Below are positions 59,703-64,000 of a stretch of DNA of 64,000 bases, in pieces (position 1 is the stretch's first letter; each line of letters opens with the position of its first letter). The position numbers and the translations under genes are program-made. This DNA is from an uncultured archaeon (GTDB lineage Archaea > Asgardarchaeota > Lokiarchaeia > Sigyniarchaeales > SOKP01): assembly GCA_964583985.1 (NCBI GenBank), contig CAZOYD010000002.1, forward strand, positions 1-64,000, in the 5' to 3' direction. Below the pieces are notes generated by a model, which did not search any database, was not told where the DNA came from, and saw only the letters and a program-made list of their open reading frames with translations.

Positions 59703-61508
59703 ATGCTAAATATTTGGATTTTAACATTTGAATTTGCGGGCGTTGCAAAATTTGGAGGATTGGGAGAAGTCCCCGCAAACCAAGCAAAACATCTTTCTGG
59801 TACTCATAATATAACTATTTTTATGCCCTCCCATGGACAAATTGATAGATTAAAAAATAAGTATGAGTGGATTAAATTACCAATTTCTTGCGAAGGAGAA
59901 ATTGATGGTTTAGAATTAGGATTAGACACACCAAAAATGGACTATCAAATATCTTTTTATCAATTTATGATCGGGAACTTGAGAATTATTTTATTAAGTG
60001 GTGAAAATCCTTTAAGTAATTTTTTTCTGGATGATCCGACAATATACAATCCTGATACAATAAAAGGAAAGATCTGTTTATGCTCACACGGAATGAGATG
60101 TATTTCGAATCATATTTTTAGAGAGCAATTGTCTAAGGATATTCCAGATGTGATTCATTTACATGATTATCACGTGGTATTGCCATTCATTGCTTTAAAA
60201 CAAGAATTTACAAAAAATCAGGTAGAAATCGCTTCAATTTTAACGATCCATTTATTAACTTGGCCTCGGTTTGGAATAGATTTTTATAGTACATGTGGTA
60301 TTGATTCGTCTCCAATTAAAATTCGAATGAAAAAAGGATATAAGTTATTGAAATTGGAGGATATTATAGCGTTATGTTATAATAATTTGAATTGGAATCG
60401 AGCGCGTGAACCTCCTACGGTAGAAAAAGTTGGAGCTATAACGTGTGACCTTGTCACGAGTGTAAGTCAGTCATATTTAAATACAGATATTATCCCCAAT
60501 TGCGGTGGTGATTTAATAGACTTTAAAGCTGATTTTATATGGGATGGATGTGATTGGGAGTATCAAGAGATCTTAGAATCTGTGATGGATAATATAAGTA
60601 ATGATTTACGCATCTTTTTAAATATGGACTCAACCGTTCCAATCTTGAAAAGTCACATTAAAAAGTATTTGTTGCAATATAAAATTGGAAATTTAAGCCA
60701 GAGTCCATTAATAAGTTCTAAAAAGGTATTAGAAACTATTAATGATATTTCAAATGGAAATCCATTCATTAAAAATGGGAATATTAAAGCATTTACGGAT
60801 TCTGGACCATTATTGTTGACTACTGGGAGAATTTCTCCCCAAAAAGGATTTGAAACTATTTTTAACTCGGTACCTCCAGTAGTTGAAAAAATTCCAGATG
60901 CAAAATTTCTATTTTTAATTTTGCCGACAGACTATAGTTTGCCTGAAATTAAAAGTTATGCCCAATACGTAAAAGAGTATCCGAATAATTTAAGAATCAT
61001 TTTTGGAGTCGCTTCTGATATTTTTTATTTAGCACATATCGCTGCTGATGTATATTGCTCACCCTCACGATGGGAACCGTTTGGCATCATGGCTCTTGAA
61101 GCAATGGCATCAAAACTACCTATTATAGCTACAAAAGTTGGTGGATTGCAAGAAACCATTGTAGATGTAAGAGATTTTCCATCAATCGGAACAGGCATTT
61201 TAATAGAGAAAGATAATCATACTCAATTAACTAACGCGATAATTTCCTTCTTTAAATCTGCAGAAATTGCTGAGAAAACTAATCAATTAAAAGCTAATAA
61301 TATTTTTAACCCTGATCTCCTTAAATTAGCTAATGAAATTCCCGATGAAATAATAAAATCGAGAGTTTTGGTTGATCCAAGTTTTTATGATAAAATCAGA
61401 GAAAATTGTTATAAAAGAGTAAAGAATAACTTTACTTGGGAAAAAGTCTCTAAAAAACTAAAATTATTGTATGATTTCTTAGCAGAGCAGAAGTTTGATT
61501 TGTTATAA
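59703..61508 (+). CDS. glgA: Glycogen synthase (GT5)
   Basis: KFGGLG, IHLHDYH, TSVS, GRISPQKG, PSRWEPFGIMALEAM, TKVGGL. Confidence 0.88.
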   Translation: MLNIWILTFEFAGVAKFGGLGEVPANQAKHLSGTHNITIFMPSHGQIDRLKNKYEWIKLPISCEGEIDGLELGLDTPKMDYQISFYQFMIGNLRIILLSGENPLSNFFLDDPTIYNPDTIKGKICLCSHGMRCISNHIFREQLSKDIPDVIHLHDYHVVLPFIALKQEFTKNQVEIASILTIHLLTWPRFGIDFYSTCGIDSSPIKIRMKKGYKLLKLEDIIALCYNNLNWNRAREPPTVEKVGAITCDLVTSVSQSYLNTDIIPNCGGDLIDFKADFIWDGCDWEYQEILESVMDNISNDLRIFLNMDSTVPILKSHIKKYLLQYKIGNLSQSPLISSKKVLETINDISNGNPFIKNGNIKAFTDSGPLLLTTGRISPQKGFETIFNSVPPVVEKIPDAKFLFLILPTDYSLPEIKSYAQYVKEYPNNLRIIFGVASDIFYLAHIAADVYCSPSRWEPFGIMALEAMASKLPIIATKVGGLQETIVDVRDFPSIGTGILIEKDNHTQLTNAIISFFKSAEIAEKTNQLKANNIFNPDLLKLANEIPDEIIKSRVLVDPSFYDKIRENCYKRVKNNFTWEKVSKKLKLLYDFLAEQKFDLL

Positions 61509-61513
61509 AGGAA

Positions 61514-63493
61514 TTATAAGTTCCAGAAGGGATATAATACATTACTGATTGCATTTGCTTCATCAGGTATAATCTGGAGCCCATTCCTCGCCCATTCTGA
61601 TATCCAATTTGATTTCTGCTTAAATCTTGAATCCATGAAAATGATTGCTCCCTTATCTTTAATTTTTCTGATTGGTCTTCCAGAGGCTTGATTTGCACGT
61701 TGTATAGCAGGAAAAAGATAGGCAAAATCCCATCCTCTTCCATTAAAGGCAACATCATAATAGGCAATTTTAGCTTTAACTCGTGGAGTTGGAAGATGAT
61801 AAGGAAATCCTGCAATGATCACTGAATTCATATAGTTTCCAGGATAATCTTCTCCTTCTGAGTTCCTTCCTCCACACACTCCAAGTAAAATAGCGCCATT
61901 ATTGGGGGAAGATCCCAAAGATTTAAAATCATTAACCATCAAAGCATTTTCAGAAGCAGATAATCCGGGTTCTTCAATAAATAATTTTTTATTATATTTT
62001 CGGGCCAAATAGGAAATACCAGATGTATGTAATGAATTAAGTATCTTATATGAAGCGCAAAAAATTCCAACATTTGCAGGTGTAGAATAAATCACTTCTT
62101 CTATTTTAAGAATCATTTTTTTATACATCTCAGAATTTCTATTTCCCCCTCGAGTATCAACACCTTCAGTAATAAGAACTTTAATATTTTCCTTATTAAA
62201 AGGGGAACCACCATTAATTTCTTCATAATCCTTACCACTTTGTTTTAATCCCATTATATTATGATATACATTAGGGTTCACAGTACCAGAGAGGTTCAGA
62301 CTTGTGTAAACTTCCTTCAAAACAGGAATCACCATCTCTCTTGGATCTAAAGCGACTATCTCAAGTGAAATGGTTTGATGCTTTTTAGAATCGATTACGT
62401 TGTAACAGAAAAAGTAATTATCTAAAAAATAGCTATTAATCCATTTTAACCAAAAATCTGCGAATGATCCAACATTATCTCTAGAGATTTCTCCATTTGC
62501 TATCCTTTCTTCATGAATAGATACACTAAAATTATGAATTTCTTCAATAAAATTTTTAAATTCTGTAAGAGATTGTAATTGCAATCGTTTAATAATTTGA
62601 TTTAAGAAACCTTCTGGATTAATCTCCTCTTCAGAATTCTGAATATTTCCTTTTCTTTTATTCAAATGAGATGCCAGTAATTCCACAAATTCTTGCATAA
62701 GTAGAGGTGAACGATACATTTCTAGATCTCTCAAGCATAAATTTAAAGAATATGGTGTTAATCTTTTAGAATTAATCTCTGTCGCTATATCTATTAAATT
62801 ATGGCATTCATCAATGACCAATATACAATCTTGAAGATCCTTTTCAATAAAAGCCAAGAAGTTTTCTCGGATGTGAGGATTAAAGATCCATTGATAATTA
62901 CATATTATGAGTTGCATCTTGTTTAAAAGAAATTTACTTAGAAAGTATGGACACATGTGTTTATCTTTACATATATTGATTAAATCTTCTGCATCGATTG
63001 GTTTTTCTAATATTTCAGGATCGATGAGAATGGTATTGTCACGTTCATCTCTCATTTTAATTAAATTAAGGTAATATTTACAATTTCTATTTTTCCTCAG
63101 ATCACTACACAATGACATTGATTCTTTTGGACCTAATTTTAATTTTAGCAACATCTCATTTAAACACATTTCATTCCTTCCCCGAATTGAGATCCCACTC
63201 ACTTTATGGTTAAGATCCTTTTCTTTACGAAACTTTGAAATTCTGGTCAATTCTTTAATGATTCGAGTATTTTGAGCGTGAGTCCTACAAGTGTATATGA
63301 TTTTAAGATTTTTATCGTAGGCTAAAGGTAATAGCGCACTTAATGCCATTATTGTTTTACCACTTCCGTTTGGGGCAACCAAGAGAGTATTTTTACCTTC
63401 TATCGATGATTTTTCTATTTTTTTGATGATACTTTCTTGTTCTTGCCTAAAATTTTTGTATGGAAAGAAATCAAGGTATTTCATATTATACAC
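61514..63493 (-). CDS. xpd: XPD/Rad3 family Fe-S DNA helicase
   Basis: FRQEQ, APNGSGKT, Fe-S cysteines including CPY, DECHN, SGT, SEG.D, QASGRPIR. Confidence 0.92.
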   Translation of the reverse strand: MYNMKYLDFFPYKNFRQEQESIIKKIEKSSIEGKNTLLVAPNGSGKTIMALSALLPLAYDKNLKIIYTCRTHAQNTRIIKELTRISKFRKEKDLNHKVSGISIRGRNEMCLNEMLLKLKLGPKESMSLCSDLRKNRNCKYYLNLIKMRDERDNTILIDPEILEKPIDAEDLINICKDKHMCPYFLSKFLLNKMQLIICNYQWIFNPHIRENFLAFIEKDLQDCILVIDECHNLIDIATEINSKRLTPYSLNLCLRDLEMYRSPLLMQEFVELLASHLNKRKGNIQNSEEEINPEGFLNQIIKRLQLQSLTEFKNFIEEIHNFSVSIHEERIANGEISRDNVGSFADFWLKWINSYFLDNYFFCYNVIDSKKHQTISLEIVALDPREMVIPVLKEVYTSLNLSGTVNPNVYHNIMGLKQSGKDYEEINGGSPFNKENIKVLITEGVDTRGGNRNSEMYKKMILKIEEVIYSTPANVGIFCASYKILNSLHTSGISYLARKYNKKLFIEEPGLSASENALMVNDFKSLGSSPNNGAILLGVCGGRNSEGEDYPGNYMNSVIIAGFPYHLPTPRVKAKIAYYDVAFNGRGWDFAYLFPAIQRANQASGRPIRKIKDKGAIIFMDSRFKQKSNWISEWARNGLQIIPDEANAISNVLYPFWNL

Positions 63494-63589
63494 TTTGGTA
63501 TAGTGGCGCGTGATATTAAGATTTTTTCTATAGTTTATATTAGCAAAGAGTATAAAAGTTTAATTATTAAGAAAATTTACATAGAAATT

Positions 63590-64000
63590 ATGAAGGAAAA
63601 TAATACGAATGACGAATATCTAACCCTAAAAGATATTTTGAATGAAAATTTGCTTCGAGACTTAATCATATTTATAGTATTGTATTTATTTGTCCTCATT
63701 CAATCATGGAATGATCTATTTTTACTTATATTTCCAATAATTACTTACATTTTCTCAATAACCTTCAGAATTATAAATACGAATAAATGGCGAATATATT
63801 TCGGGAATGGAACGATAATTTATAACCCTTTAGGATCTGAAAAAAGAATTGCAGATAGATTATACTTCTCCTCAATCTTATTACTAATCATGCTCTTTTG
63901 GATTGGCTCAGAATCACTATCCCATCCACAGTTAATAGATAATTATAATTTATATTTTAATATTTTATTCATATTAATTTACACTTTTGGGTTTTATTGG
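63590..64000 (+). CDS. Hypothetical membrane protein (runs off window)
   Basis: Open frame from ATG 63590, MKENNTNDEYLTLKDIL..., with several hydrophobic segments; not in the ORF track. Confidence 0.7.
   Translation, partial: MKENNTNDEYLTLKDILNENLLRDLIIFIVLYLFVLIQSWNDLFLLIFPIITYIFSITFRIINTNKWRIYFGNGTIIYNPLGSEKRIADRLYFSSILLLIMLFWIGSESLSHPQLIDNYNLYFNILFILIYTFGFYW

Noticed and set aside
2296-61815. Many 60-170 aa ORFs overlapping longer genes (e.g. 6761-7105, 12885-13211, 27224-27736, 40679-41014, 47129-47485, 61450-61815)
   Set aside because: They are antisense or out-of-frame to well-supported genes and carry no recognisable motifs.

Overview
AT-rich archaeal chromosomal segment, very probably from an Asgard (Lokiarchaeota-like) genome. 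The evidence is archaeal information-processing genes alongside eukaryote-signature proteins: two Rab-like GTPases, a roadblock protein, ESCRT-III and LRR proteins. Housekeeping blocks: EF-1alpha; aIF2alpha-Nop10 / GINS-PriS-PriL / PCNA / TFS / S27e-L44e; rpo1N-rpo1C-L30e-nusA-S12-S7; pus10-L21e-rpo4-DUF655-rsmA-hemK; histone; L35Ae; XPD. Metabolic genes include pyrB, ilvC, two AcdA-like ligases, queC/queD, aroB', GH57 and glycogen synthase. Top finding: the RNA polymerase gene rpo1N is interrupted between the conserved GHFGH and IELARPV residues by a 31-nt frameshifting, stop-containing insert (24757-24787). Both required junctions fall at the endonuclease cleavage positions of a relaxed bulge-helix-bulge fold, so it is a candidate tRNA-type (EndA/RtcB) intron in an Asgard mRNA. 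Second: a head-to-head pair of LRR-TIR genes is bracketed by a ~229-bp, ~96% identical direct repeat of the PCNA 3' end, a candidate integrase-free immune cassette. An older, similar 3'-end copy lies behind the roadblock gene. Also noted: likely ATT and CTG start codons, an HTH-ATP-cone-degenerate NrdD protein, a PIP-box-bearing nucleotide kinase and a possible ESCRT adaptor. No rRNA, tRNA, CRISPR array, integrase or transposase was recognised. All product calls come from motif recognition by eye; no searches were run.
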